Notes: a model not told the origin generated them from the letters alone. A DNA stretch of 63,829 nucleotides, filler included, from Octopus bimaculoides (GCF_001194135.2; 5 parts of 5 records of this genome joined end to end with filler, not necessarily neighbours in it), one strand, 5' to 3'; shown: positions 12,710 through 25,619, counted from the whole stretch's first letter. Numbers and translations are program-made.

Positions 12710-13440
12710 TATCATCATCATCATCATTTAACATCCACTTTCCATGGGATAGACAGTTTGAATGAAAACTGGTAAACTGGGGAGCTGCACCAGGTTTCAA
12801 TCTGATTTGGCAAGATTTCTACAGCTGGATGCCCTTCCTAACGCCAACCACTCCGAGTGTGTAGTAGGTGCTCTTTACATATCACTGGCATGGGTGCCAT
12901 TGACGTGACACTGGCATCGGCCATGACTACAGTCTCACTTGGCTTGACAGGTCTACACAAGCATGGTATTACCAAAGGTCTTGGTCACCTGTCACTGCCT
13001 CCATGATGCCAAACATTTGAAAGGTGCTTTTTATGTGCCACTGGCACAGGTGCCAGTCAGATGGCACTGGCATCAGCCACAAGTACGATTTCACTTGGCT
13101 TGACAGGTCATCTCAAGCACAGCATATCATCCAATGTTTGAAGGGTGCTTTTTATGTGCCAAATTACCCAATGCTGGTATTGGCTACAACTATGATCTCA
13201 CTTGGCTTGACTGATCTTCTCAAGCACGGCATATTGCCAAAACACTCGATCACTTGTCATTGTCTCCGTGGGGCCCAACATTTGAAGATCATGCTTCACC
13301 ATCTTGTCCCATGTCTTCGTGGGTTTACCTCTTCCATAGGTTGCCTCCACCATTAGAGTGCGCCACTTCTTAACACAGCTGTGCTCGTCCCTATGCATCA
13401 CATGACCATACCAATGTAGTCGTCTCTCTTGCACACCACA
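12710..13440 (-). mobile_element. 5'-truncated RTE LINE (ORF end plus reiterated 3' UTR)
   Basis: ERRLHWYGHVMHRDEHSCVKK...GRGKPTKTW (13198-13434), then repeated 3' UTR units and a (gat)n tail. Confidence 0.85.
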
Positions 13441-13565
13441 TCTTATGATATAAACTACACTTTAGTGTGAATGGTGTTATTTTTTAAGTGAATTTGCATG
13501 TGCGTGCATCTGCATGTTTTATTTATTTATCATAACTGATTTCTTGAATTGATTTGTATTTTCAG

Positions 13566-13776
13566 CCCCATGATTGTAGCAAACCTTTGGGATGTCACTG
13601 ATAAAGATATTGACCGCTTTCTACAGGCAATGCTGAAGAGTTGGATCTCTGTTGGGAATCGCAATGAGAAAAAGGACTGTGTAACGTTGACAAAAGCAGT
13701 AATGAAAGCCAGAGACGCCTGCAGACTTACCTACCTCATCGGTTGTGCTCCAGTGGTTTATGGGTTGCCTTTATGA
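13566..13776 (+). CDS. ESPL1: Separase terminal coding exon
   Basis: ttcag acceptor; (C)PMIVANLWDVTDKDIDRF...LIGCAPVVYGLPL-stop, the canonical separase C-terminus. Confidence 0.95.
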
Positions 13777-16144
13777 AAACATATTTTACAGATTAGCATT
13801 AATTGTTAGCAAAGCCAAATGTTGTAACATAAATCAGGGATTTCTTTTATAAGCATCTTAAATTTATTTCTTGGGTTTTCTAGAAAAAAAAATTCCCAAG
13901 TCAAGCATATAATATGTAATTTTTATTGAAAGATAGATATGAATTGATTTTGAAAAAGAAGACATCTTAAAACTGCATATAAGCTTCCCTTCATTAAATT
14001 AAGAATAATGACAGTTAATTAAGTGTCTGAGAGCATCATTCTTATTTAATCAAAATTAAAAGAATCTCAACAGATTTTTTAACAGGAATTTTCACATCTC
14101 TGCCCTACTATGGAATAGTTTCAGTATTATTATTTTAGTATTTGTAATATCATTTTGTAATAATCTAGGAAGTTTAGAGTGAAAATTTTATATATTAGAA
14201 TCTTTTCTTTCTTGTAAAACAAAAACAAAAAACAAATAGTGAAATAATATCTTTGGATCTTTCGTATTTTGTGATGATATAAGTATTGAAATTTATTATC
14301 TTTTTTCAACAAATCAAAATTATAAATTTTTTTTTTTTCATTATTTTAGATATGCATTAGAATTTCAGGCATTTTAAAATTAGAACCAGTTATTTCAAGA
14401 TTAAAAACAGCAAGTTACTATGGTATTTGTAATTGTGAGTGAACAGATTTTAGTTCAAAATGAGAACTTGCCACTTCAAAGTGAGATTAATGATTTCAAA
14501 TGAGTCTTTATCACATCAAAGTGAGAATGGTGATTTCAAAGTGAGCATAACACATACAGAGTTATTAAATAGAAATATATCAAAATATTATTTGTAATAT
14601 CAGCAATATAAACTTGCCTGGTTGACTATAAGTTTAAATCTGCCTAGCAATGAGGCAAAAAACTCATATGATGGTAATACCTTCAAGTTTTCTTGAGGGG
14701 TGAGAACAATAACAACATCCAATGCTAATTTTCTAAGAATATTGCTTCAGTGGATGGCTTTTGTAACATTTATAGGATTGTTCAATATTTCTTCATGCCT
14801 GGGAGAAAAAGTACTGTTATTAGTGCATATTTTACACATGAGAAACATTCCTCTGTTGGATTAAGCACAGGTCAATACACCAGCAGACATTTCTTACAAA
14901 TATATTGAACATAAATGTTGAACCCATGGTAGAACAGTTGTATTATTGGAAATATATTCCTGACCTTGAAAATGTTCAGCCACATGGTGAAGAAAGTTTT
15001 CATACTTAGCCATTTGTGAGCTTGAAATTCTGTGAATACCAGTCTCTCTTTACTTGACATGACAGCAATTATATTGATATTTTTGTCTCCTTGTCCAGAG
15101 ATAGTTCTGTGGGCTGGGCCCTTAAGATCAGTGGTGGTAGTGTGAAGGTTAAAGCTACATCATTCAGCTACAAAAATAAGTGATTTATTAAGAAGGAAAA
15201 ACACTTGACAAATTCATGTCTGTCAATGATAAATAACATTATGTTGAATTCTGTTGCCAAGTACTTGAACTAGCTTTTTCTTACCTGTAAGCCTTCTATG
15301 GTTTTTCCCATTCAACCAGTGATTTATGACGCAAATCTCATCTCATGTCTTTATTTTCAGCAGATGATCAATGATTTATTTTTTATTGCCTCATCATCCA
15401 CCTTAATTTTGCATCTACTGCTTTTGGGTAGCACCTCTTGTTTTTAGTCTTTATTTAGTCTAAAATTGTTCTGTTAGCAGTCTTTAAATTAATGTCTATA
15501 AATTGAGCAAGGTCCTTGAGGTTTAACCCTCAATAATAACAATCTATTAAGTTGACTGTGAGCAGTACTGTATGCTGGTGTTCCCTTTGTTTCATATTCC
15601 CTTGGTGGCTCTTCTTGAGACATTGAAAAAAACAAAAACGAAACAGAAAACAACTTTAGAATATAAGTAGTTTGTGTAAATCTGAGTTCTTCTTGTACTC
15701 ACATAGGATTATAAATACTGCTTTATTAAGAAATTCAGATACTTTTTTGATAATGTAACTGAGGGAATTGGTAAGATGCCTCTATTACAATATCATTATC
15801 ATCATTCTAATGTCTGTTAAAATGGTGATGATGTTGATAATATTGTGTATGTGTAAAAAGTATGTATCTTCATATATCTGTTGAAGATTAAATACCTCAC
15901 AATTGAGCAAGTGTTTCAGTACATTGGTATTTTTTTCTGAAACTTGTACAGTTAGTTGTAAGGTATTTAATCTTCAATATATAAATATATACTCTACATT
16001 ATTATGCATTCAGTCTTATTTTGTTTTTAATTATAGTCTTCTTGAAATTCTTTGGTGGACTGTAAATAAATTATTTTTGTACATATGTAAATAAATTTTG
16101 CTAATACAAATTAAACCCTTTTTACTTCTTTATTAATTTTCTTT

Positions 16145-16290
16145 TTGTTAATGATGGCTTAAGAAGCTTGTTTCCCAACCATATGGCTTCAGGTTCAGTC
16201 CCACTGCTTGGCATCTTGGAAAGGTGCCCTGAGACTGACAAAAGCCTTGTGAGTAGACCCGGTTGTATAAAGACTGAAAGAAGGCCGTGT
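16145..16290 (+). mobile_element. SINE family A head
   Basis: aagaagcttgtttcccaacc...ggttcagtcccactg. Confidence 0.7.
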
Positions 16291-16679
16291 GTGTCTCCTT
16301 GTCTTAATGTTGTGTGATAGTTGTAAATGAGTGATACCATCATATTAGAGGTGTTATGCATTTCCAATTTTCCATGAAAACATGTCCAAACCTGAGGAAA
16401 TATTTTGCTTGGAAACAGGTGAAGGTTGGCAAGCAAGAGGAGTATCTGGCCATAGAAATTCCATTTTTATGAATTATATCTGATCTATGAAAGCAAGGAA
16501 AAGTAGATGTCTAAAAAAATGATAATTCTATAAACATAAACGAACCCCAAACCATCTGGTTAAGAAGCAAGCTTCTTACCACACAGTCACACCTATGCCT
16601 ATTATACAAGTATATGTATACAATTATACACACACACACAGATAGATAGATACATAAACATTGAACCATACTCGATGAC

Positions 16680-16970
16680 TGGTCACCATGCCAGTGGAGC
16701 ACTAACAGCACTGTTGAGCGTGTTCATTGCCAGAGCAGCTGTCTGGCTTCCGTGCTAGTGACCCGTAAATAGCACCATTTGAGCGTAATCGTTACCAGCG
16801 TTGCCTTCTAGCACTTGTGCTGGTGGCACGTTAGAAAATCATTCGAGCGAGGTCGTTGCCAGTGCCGTAAAAAACACCTTTTTGAGCGTGGCTGTTGCCA
16901 GTACTGTGTGACTGGCCCTTGTGCAGGTGGTATGTAAAAGCACCCACTACACTCTCGGAGTGGTTGGCGT
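16680..16970. repeat. Reiterated RTE-UTR-like units (ttgagcg..gttgccag)
   Basis: 3-4 diverged 45-50 bp units ending in the cacactctcggagtggttggcgtt motif of family C. Confidence 0.55.
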
Positions 16971-17009
16971 TTATCAAGCTGCAGAACCATTAAACCATTG
17001 TTTTCTATA

Positions 17010-17236
17010 TTAACCCTTTAACGTTTAAACCGGCCACATCCAGCCAAAATATTCTACCTGTTTTATGTTGAAACTCGCCAGATTTGACCTCTCCAATCTG
17101 CCTTATAATGTCATTCTAGAAATAAACAATCACATCTTTTGAAATCTTGAAGCTACAAAATAATGCATGATTAATTCAAAACAATGTGAACAAATGAGTA
17201 TTACATTTGACAATAATCTGAATGCTAAAGGGTTAA
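17010..17236. mobile_element. piggyBac-type MITE
   Basis: ttaacccttta...tgctaaagggttaa. Confidence 0.8.
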
Positions 17237-17334
17237 GGAAGCTGCAAATTGTCTTCATGTTTTAATCATCTTTTGTAAACCCTTATTGGTAAATAAAGAA
17301 GGCATTATTATTATTATTATTATTATTAATGAGT

Positions 17335-17560
17335 AAGGTGGTGAGCTGGCATAATTGATAGCACACTGAGTGAAATGCTTAGTGGTATTTTGCCCATCAC
17401 TATATTCTGAGTTCAAATTACACTGAGGTCGATTTTTACCTTTCATCCTTTCAGGGTGGATAAAGTAAAGTACCAGTGAAGCACTGGGTTTGATGTAATT
17501 GACTAGTCCCCTTCCCACAAATTTCAGGCCTTGTACCTTTTGTAGAATGGATTCATCATC
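17335..17560 (+). mobile_element. tRNA-derived SINE family B
   Basis: aaggtggtgagctggca head, ctgagttcaaat B-box-like, tttcatcctttcagggt..ataaagtaaagtacc body. Confidence 0.8.
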
Positions 17561-18094
17561 ATCATCATCATCATTGTTTAACGTCCGCTTTCCATAGTAA
17601 TAATCCTTTCTACTACAGGCACAAGGCCTGAGATTTTGGGGGGAGGAAGCCAGTCAGTTACATCATTCCCAGTACTCAATTGGCACTTATTTCCCTAAAT
17701 TTTACCTTGTAGGATAAATGGATGGGACTCAATGCAATATTTTTACACTGGTTTGCACACACACACATGACGGGTTTCTGCATAGTTTCCCATTTCAAAA
17801 TTTCACTCATAAGATATTAATCAGCCCAAGGCTACTGTAGAAAGGCAACTACAGTATGCTATAGTGAAATGAAACCAAGAATCATGGTTGCAGAGCTAAC
17901 ATTTTAGTTACATGTATGTGGAGCCACACACACACACACACACACACACACATTATCTCTCTCTCTTTTTTTAGTATATTGCCAATGATTTTGCTCTTTC
18001 AGTCAAGGCTTCAATGTCTATAAATACATTTATCTTTAAAGCAACATCTCTTGTTTTTAATATCTCGTGTGTCTTTTCTATATTGCTGTGTATG

Positions 18095-18133
<39 letters not shown>

Positions 18134-18199
18134 CCTCTTTCTTCCAGTCATTTCATCATGATAAACTGCTAATCCCTACATATCTTTTTCCTTTCTCTG

Positions 18200-18340
18200 T
18201 TTTTTTCGTTCTCTCTCCATTTTTTTCTCTTTCATCCTTTTCTGTTGAAGAGCATAGGCTTGAAATGTCAAAGACTTTTCCATTTTTCTTTGCTTGTTCC
18301 CTCATCTGACTTTGTCTTTTGTTTTCTGTAAATTTGAACT
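18200..18340 (+). repeat. Short repeat carrying a minimal hammerhead-like motif, ending TTGAACT plus microsatellite
   Basis: CTGTTGA-A-GAGC-ATAG-GCTT-GAAA-TGTC-AAAGA; homologous to 48950-49100 on the minus strand. Confidence 0.6.
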
Positions 18341-18360
18341 ATCTATCTATCTATCTATCT

Positions 18361-21300
18361 ACGGACATGACACATCGGCTCCGAAGGTAATCTTTATTCT
18401 TGACCATTTATTGCCCACATATTGTTATCATTTTTGTCTATAAGGTGTGTGAAGCACCCAACTTTCGTTTTATTGTGTTTCCAAGGTAGGAATTGTCCCT
18501 TAGGGGCAGTTTCAACCTCTTTTGAATTCATATATTTTCTTCCCGACATTGAAAAATGTCGAGAAATGTTGTCGTAGAACGCTGGTCGGATTCTTTCGTG
18601 AACCAGCATTTTTCTAGGCTTGAAACGCTAGGAGAACAAAAAAATAAGTCATGCACGCGCACACACACCAAATCAACAGTCATGGAAAAAACACTTTAAA
18701 GTTTGTAATAACAAACTTTAAAGTGAACGCTGCAACCACGACCATTAAAAGCCCTGTCACCACCACCAAGACTACCACTGCTACCACCGCCACCACCGAT
18801 ACCAGCAACAACAACAACAACAGCAGCAGCAGCAGTTCAACTCAACCTTTGCTCTCTTCACCAGCAGCAACCGAAGGAGAGAAAGAAAAAATGAAAACAG
18901 CTAAACAAATAGATGTTTTCTTTTCAAATAAAGAAAATTTACGCACCTCTCCCACAACAAATAAAATTAACAATACAGAAAAGGAAAAAACAAGCCACAA
19001 CACCACTGACACAGTCACAAATGCCACATCTCCCACCAATACCAGCGCCAGCACCAGCAACAACAATAACAAAAAACCAAACTTTGCTGAAGCTTTGAAT
19101 CAAAAGGAAACAATTGTGTTTTATACGACACAACAGATAATAGAAATGAGAAAGTTGATTACAAAAGAAAATAATGAAGTACAATTAAACATCCCCGAAC
19201 AAACATTACAAGAGAAAAACAAAAGGACCATCATATACAAAGTGATTAATACAAAAAGTAGGCGGCCAGAACAGGCCAGTACAGACAAGATTCAGAAATG
19301 TTTGCACTCACTTTGGTCTGATAAACAACACATCACTTGGTGGCATACATTTGCCCATGTCCAAGTGATTTTTCGAAATGAAGAGTTAGCAAAGAAATTT
19401 TCAACGCTAACTCTTCAAACACAAGAAATAACAATGATACCTAGCTATCTTGGCCAAAGGGTAACAATAAAACATGCACCTCCAACAATAGACACACTAT
19501 GGTTGCTATCGGCCATATGTGTCGACATGGAGAACATAAATGTCCTCCAAATCACCGTTGGAGAAAACAACTGGACAGGAAAAACAATACAAATCCTGTT
19601 CCACATAAACGAAGAGGAAATCCAGAAAATTCCACCTTACATCCGTGTGTCACCAAATCAAAAATTATATGTAGTGGTAGAGGGCAGGCGGCCTCGCTGT
19701 TACTTATGCGACAGCGAGGCACACCTTAAAAAGGAGTGTCTGACTGCCCTATAACACAACGACAACAACAGCAAGAACTAACAAAACCCATTAAAAGAGT
19801 CTTGCTGCCCACACCGCCATCCACACAAAAAACAACAAAATCAATATCAGCAACATCAACAAAGGAAAAAACTACAAATACTGCAAAATTAACAAACAAA
19901 GAAGAAAAAAGAAAAGACAATACAAAAACTGATCCCCCTTCCCCCACATCACAAACACCACAACCAAAAATTCAACAACCAACAACAATAAAAACAACAA
20001 CACAACNNNNNNNNNNATACAAAAACTGATCCCCCTTCCCCCACATCACAAACACCACAACCAAAAATTCAACAACCAACAACAATAAAAACAACAACAC
20101 AACCACTTACACAAGCAAACACAGATCCATATAACATGCCCCTACCCCCTTCCGATTCCTTAGATAATTCGTCTGAAGACGAAAGTAGCGAAGAATGGCA
20201 AATAGCCAGGAAAAGGGGGAAAAAAAGATCAAAAACAAACACAAACAAAGCAGGGAGATTCACATCTCCCGAAAATACTTCCAACTCCAACACGATCAAC
20301 ATCAATAATAACATACCAAAAACAATGCTCACAGCAATAAACACTACAAACACAGAGTTGATGAAATACATCAACTCAAAAACAAACATTACAAATAACG
20401 ATATTAAAACAAACAATCACCCACACACAACACCACCAAAACACATAAAGATATACCACATAACACCAGCATTGCACCACCAAGTAAAATCCCTCTACCC
20501 CAATGCGGTAGGGGGGTGCCAGAAATATTTGTGCAAGAAATTGTACAACAGCCTCCTTGGTGAAAAATCCAAGGAGGAGACAGAACTTTCAAACAGTAAG
20601 TAACTCTTTGTTCCTTTCTTTTTGTGCTTTAAAGCACATATTTCAATAGAGTCATGCTCAAAATTGGTTGTGTAAATGCGCGTGGCTTGGGGTCCCCTTG
20701 GAAACAAGGCTACCTCTTAAATGATATCAAGTCACATAACTTGGGAATCATAGCCATAAGTGAGACCAGACTCCACGAGCCACGGGCCCGAAAGTCCATG
20801 TTTGGAGGACNNNNNNNNNNNNNNNNNNNNNNNNNNNNNNNNNNNNNNNNNNNNNNNNNNNNNNNNNNNNNNNNNNNNNNNNNNNNNNNNNNNNNNNNNN
20901 NNNNNNNNNNNNNNNNNNNNNNNNNNNNNNNNNNNNNNNNNNNNNNNNNNNNNNNNNNNNNNNNNNNNNNNNNNNNNNNNNNNNNNNNNNNNNNNNNNNN
21001 NNNNNNNNNNNNNNNNNNNNNNNNNNNNNNNNNNNNNNNNNNNNNNNNNNNNNNNNNNNNNNNNNNNNNNNNNNNNNNNNNNNNNNNNNNNNNNNNNNNN
21101 NNNNNNNNNNNNNNNNNNNNNNNNNNNNNNNNNNNNNNNNNNNNNNNNNNNNNNNNNNNNNNNNNNNNNNNNNNNNNNNNNNNNNNNNNNNNNNNNNNNN
21201 NNNNNNNNNNNNNNNNNNNNNNNNNNNNNNNNNNNNNNNNNNNNNNNNNNNNNNNNNNNNNNNNNNNNNNNNNNNNNNNNNNNNNNNNNNNNNNNNNNNN

Positions 21301-22325
21301 NNNNNNNNNNNNNNNNNNNNNNNNNNNNNNNNNNNNNNNNNNNNNNNNNNNNNNNNNNNNNNNNNNNNNNNNNNNNNNNNNNNNNNNNNNNNNNNNNNNN
21401 NNNNNNNNNNNNNNNNNNNNNNNNNNNNNNNNNNNNNNNNNNNNNTGGAGCAACCGCATTGAGTCGTCGAGATCGTATCTAGATAGGATAGTGTGTAGGA
21501 CAATAGATAGAGATAGCTTAGGATGTCCACAATTCCACACAGTCAGCTACACGGATCACAAACTTGTGATGTGTACGCTAGACTTAGATAAGGCACATAG
21601 GCAGGGTCCCAGTTACTGGAAACTAAACGCGTCTTTCCCGTCGAGACAGGTTTTCAGAGACCGGATTAGCACGTTAGTAAAGAGCTTTGACGGGAGCCAT
21701 CATCAACAACAAATGGTGGTTTGCCCTCAAAAGCAGAAGCAACTAGATATAGCAAGGCACTAACCGTAGATAGAAACAGAGTAGAGGGAGAGCTAGTGAA
21801 TAAGTTAGAGGAGGCATTAAGAAGCGGCATCGCATCCGACGTTTTGGCGGCGAAATTGGCCCTCGACCAACATTTCAATGCCAAACACGAAGGATGTGCT
21901 GTCAAAGCAAGGATGCGTGCTCTAAGGAACGAAGGTGTTGGAGCCGCGCGAGAGGCCCGGATGGCGGAGGCGCAGCGGGGCAACAGAGTCACCATCTGGT
22001 CTCTGGTAGATGAACAGGGGTGCGAATTGCTCGAGCCGAGCAAGATGTGCGAGGCCTTTCAGCAAGGCGCAAACGTGCGCCGTGCCGGGCCGAAGCATCC
22101 ATGACAACCTCCATCTGATGCGCTACATCATAGAGCGGGTAGTTAAGGAACCTGGCATGGGTGGGACCCTGATCGATTTGGATCAATCGAAAGTTTTCGA
22201 TAGGGTAGACCATCAATACTTGGAAGCTGTCCTCATAGCGGCTGGCTTCGGTCCCGTTTTCCGCGGCTGGATGGCTGCTTTGTACAAAGGCAACTGTTCG
22301 GTGGTTCGCGTCAATGGGCACCTAT
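18361..22325 (+). mobile_element. Tx1/L1-clade LINE, gapped, internally deleted, cut by a scaffold join
   Basis: ORF1 18651-about 20600 with CCHC knuckle RPRCYLCDSEAHLKKEC; ORF2 from 20654 with APE motifs (VNARGL, ISETR, YLDRI, DHKLV, YWKLN) and RT remnants (GRSIHDNL, LIDLDQSKVFDRVDH). Confidence 0.87.
18651..19754 (+). CDS. LINE ORF1 (gag-like, CCHC zinc knuckle), frameshifted after the knuckle
   Basis: 367-aa ORF ending at CYLCDSEAHLKKEC; low-complexity continuation in other frames to about 20603. Confidence 0.75.
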   Translation: MHAHTHQINSHGKNTLKFVITNFKVNAATTTIKSPVTTTKTTTATTATTDTSNNNNNSSSSSSTQPLLSSPAATEGEKEKMKTAKQIDVFFSNKENLRTSPTTNKINNTEKEKTSHNTTDTVTNATSPTNTSASTSNNNNKKPNFAEALNQKETIVFYTTQQIIEMRKLITKENNEVQLNIPEQTLQEKNKRTIIYKVINTKSRRPEQASTDKIQKCLHSLWSDKQHITWWHTFAHVQVIFRNEELAKKFSTLTLQTQEITMIPSYLGQRVTIKHAPPTIDTLWLLSAICVDMENINVLQITVGENNWTGKTIQILFHINEEEIQKIPPYIRVSPNQKLYVVVEGRRPRCYLCDSEAHLKKECLTAL

Positions 22326-22369
22326 NNNNNNNNNNNNNNNNNNNNNNNNNNNNNNNNNNNNNNNNNNNN

Positions 22370-22381
22370 TTAATTAATTAA
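22370..22381. other. Artificial scaffold linker TTAATTAATTAA inside an N-run
   Basis: Identical 12-mer flanked by Ns also at 45246-45257, 48884-48895, 56919-56930. Confidence 0.9.
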
Positions 22382-22425
22382 NNNNNNNNNNNNNNNNNNN
22401 NNNNNNNNNNNNNNNNNNNNNNNNN

Positions 22426-22465
<40 letters not shown>

Positions 22466-22913
22466 TTTCATATATTTGCTTGTGTCCTTTTTATCATACA
22501 ACGAAATACTTGTGTAAGCAACAAGCAGGGTAGCTGTAATCACATCAGCCGACTTCCAAGTCAAATCAGGATGATGTTACACATTGCCCAGGGCCAGAAC
22601 AGATAACTAAATAAGCAAGAGTGAGTTGTATGGATAAATATAGCCACTGTCATATTTGCTAACACATTGCTGTTATATTTCCATTCTCCATCAGGTACTG
22701 AATGTTTTATCAGCAGAGATAAGTTAACTCCTTTAAATATCTTTATATTTGCTTTAGATCAGCTGGAAGTAACTTTGGTTCATCTTCCCCCCTTTTTTTT
22801 TTTTGCTTTTTATCACAGAAAAATTTCGCTGTAGGCAGGTTTGTCCCTTAATCTTTCTTTCATTCTCGTTTGTTTGTTTGTAAGAAATGCCTTAGATATG
22901 TATATATATATAG

Positions 22914-22944
<31 letters not shown>

Positions 22945-23083
22945 CTTTTTACTGTCGATGTTTGTTCCTTTCATTGTGTGTGGGGGTAGATGAATGTAGA
23001 TATGTACATAAGGTTTGTACATTTAGACATATGTGCAAACAGATAGATTATATATACATACATATATAATATATATGTGTATG

Positions 23084-23166
<83 letters not shown>

Positions 23167-23735
23167 TACATGGCAAAATGGACATTAAAATAATGGTCTC
23201 ATACACACAAATACTAAAAGATAGTAGGTTCAGTTGTTGGACTAGATAATTCCTTGAGTCTTTGAGCAAGACACATCATATAATGTCTCTTCAGTGCACT
23301 GAAAAAGGGTTCTAGTCAAAGCTTGGTAGGATGGGGCTAAATCAATGGTTGGCTGGCTTCTTGTTCTGGAGGCAGGTTGTAATGTCATAATTTCTGTTGC
23401 CTAAACACCATGGAAACCAATATAATCTCCCAACCTCTCCATTTGGCTCCCTAGGCTTGAACTTACATAGCTAACCATCTATCTCACCCATTCACCATTC
23501 CTAGGAAGGTTGTAGGGGCAGAGTCTGTAGGATCATGTCGGAAGCAACCGTCATTATACTTTCCTTCCTGCTGGATTCCTAAGCATCACCAACTGAGAGT
23601 ATGGATGTTAGCCAACCAGCTTGTTCTTGGTTTAGTCCTTGGTCTTTTGCCTTGAAGAAACAGACTTGTGATTCTTTTTTATAGCTTTCTAACCACTCAT
23701 TGTGACCTCTCGATGCAAGGGAGTTGCGGATCAAC

Positions 23736-24076
23736 CTAGAGGGATTCCCTGATCTCTGAGCTGTGCACCTTCTCAAGTAATAACCTAAAAGAATTCCCTG
23801 ATCTCCAAGCTATGCATCCTCTTGAGTAACAGTCTAGAGAGATCCCTTGATTTCTGAGCTGTGTATCCTCTCAAGTAATAACCTAAAATAATTCCCTGAT
23901 CTCTGAGCTATGCACTCTCTTGAATAATAATCTAGAAGGATCCCCTAATTTCTGAGCTGTGCACCCTCTCAAGTAACAACCTAAAGGAATTCCCTGATCT
24001 CCAAGCTATGTACCCTCTTGAGTAACAATCTAGAAGGATCCCCTGATTTCCGATCTATGCACCCCCTTGAGTAATG
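23736..24076. repeat. 49-bp minisatellite, about 7 units, alternating A/B (98-bp higher-order repeat)
   Basis: Unit starts at 23736, 23785, 23834, 23883, 23932, 23981, 24030. Confidence 0.92.
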
Positions 24077-24714
24077 TCATTTCAGAGACCCTTCAGAGGA
24101 ATCCCATTTCAGCATGCTTGTGTGTGCATGCACACATGTATGTGTGTGTGTGTACATACACATATAGTGGACACACCCATGTCAACCTAGGCAGTACAGT
24201 TCCATTTAATCGCTGCAAGAAAATTAATAACTGAGGCGAGGACACAATGACACTACCTGGAGCCAGTGCTATGACATTATGTCAAGGAGACCAATGAAGA
24301 GGGGCTTTCAAGTCTGGTCAATTTCTACCTTGTTTTCTGACACAATGCATCCAGTACTGCATTATTGAACAGTTGTTTGTTTTATGTCCATCTTCCCAAG
24401 CTAGTATGGGTTAGAGGAATACATTTTATTGAAATATTGTTTTACAGTTGGATGCCCTTTTCTGTTGCTAATCTTTACCTGTTTTTCAAGTCAAGTAGTT
24501 TTTCTTTCCATTCATCTTTGAATGCACAGCTATTGGATGATTTTATTGACTGCAAATGTGAACAAGCATTGAATCTAGGTGCAGAGTGTTAATATTCACA
24601 TTCACATGCATATACACGCACATTATATTTCTCTGTGCATGTGTGTGTGTGTATATATATATGTGTGTGTATATACATATTCCTGTTATATTTTCTGAGT
24701 GTTCGTATGAGATA

Positions 24715-25125
24715 TTCTTTTACTTGTTTCAGTCATTTGACTGCGGCCATGCTGGAGCACCGCCTTTAGTCAAACAAATCGAACCCAGCACTTATTCTTT
24801 GTAAGCCTAGTACTTATTCTGTCAGTGTCTATTGCTGAACTGCTAAGTTATGGGAACGTAAACACACCAACATCGGTTGTCAAGCGATATTGGGGGGACA
24901 AACACATGCACACACATACACACACACACATACACACATGTATGTACACACAATAGGCTTCTTTCAGTTTCTGTATGCCAAATCCACTCACAAGTCTTTG
25001 ATGGGCCCGAGGCTATAGTAGAAGACACTTGCCCAAAGTGCCATGCAGTGGAACTGTACCTGGAACCATATGGTTGGGAAATATGCTTCTTACCACACAG
25101 CCACTCCTACGCCTATAAGCCACAT
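24715..25125 (-). mobile_element. SINE family A, full length with internal (CA)n
   Basis: Complete head, body and 3' part; aligns with 27845-28272. Confidence 0.85.
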
Positions 25126-25333
25126 ATATATAATTTTCCATGTCTATTTTATGCTGGCAGGGGTTGGGCGAATTGACAGGAGCTGGCAAGCCAGAGAATT
25201 CCACCAAACTCTACAGTGTGCTTTCGCATGGCTTTCTGCAGCTGGATTCCCTTCCTAACATGAACCACTTTACAGAGTATATCTATATCTATCTATATAT
25301 ATATATGTATATATATGTATAAAGCGGACGTTA

Positions 25334-25373
<40 letters not shown>

Positions 25374-25576
25374 NNNNNNNNNNTTCTTTTACACGTTTCA
25401 GTCATTTGACTGCAGCCATGCTGGAGCATCACCTTTAGTCGAACAAATCAACCCCAGGACTTTGTAAACCTAGTACTTCTTCTATCAGTTTGCTTTTGCT
25501 GAACCGCTAAGTTTCAGGGACAGAGACACACTAAGATGGGTTGTCAAGCGATGACAGGGGGGACAAACACAGACAG

Positions 25577-25619
<43 letters not shown>

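Noticed and set aside
18611-18640. AGGCTTGAAACG match to the hammerhead repeat in the Tx1 5' UTR
   Set aside because: Only about 10 nt shared and no core; may be chance.
19920-20100. About 86-bp direct repeat in Tx1 ORF1
   Set aside because: The two identical copies flank a 10-N gap, typical of an unmerged contig overlap.
22326-22425. TTAATTAATTAA between N-runs (also 45246, 48884, 56919) as a biological motif
   Set aside because: Identical 12-mer always centred in Ns; a scaffolding linker, not genomic sequence.
23736-24076. CRISPR-like array
   Set aside because: Contiguous diverged units with no unique spacers and no cas genes, in eukaryotic DNA.
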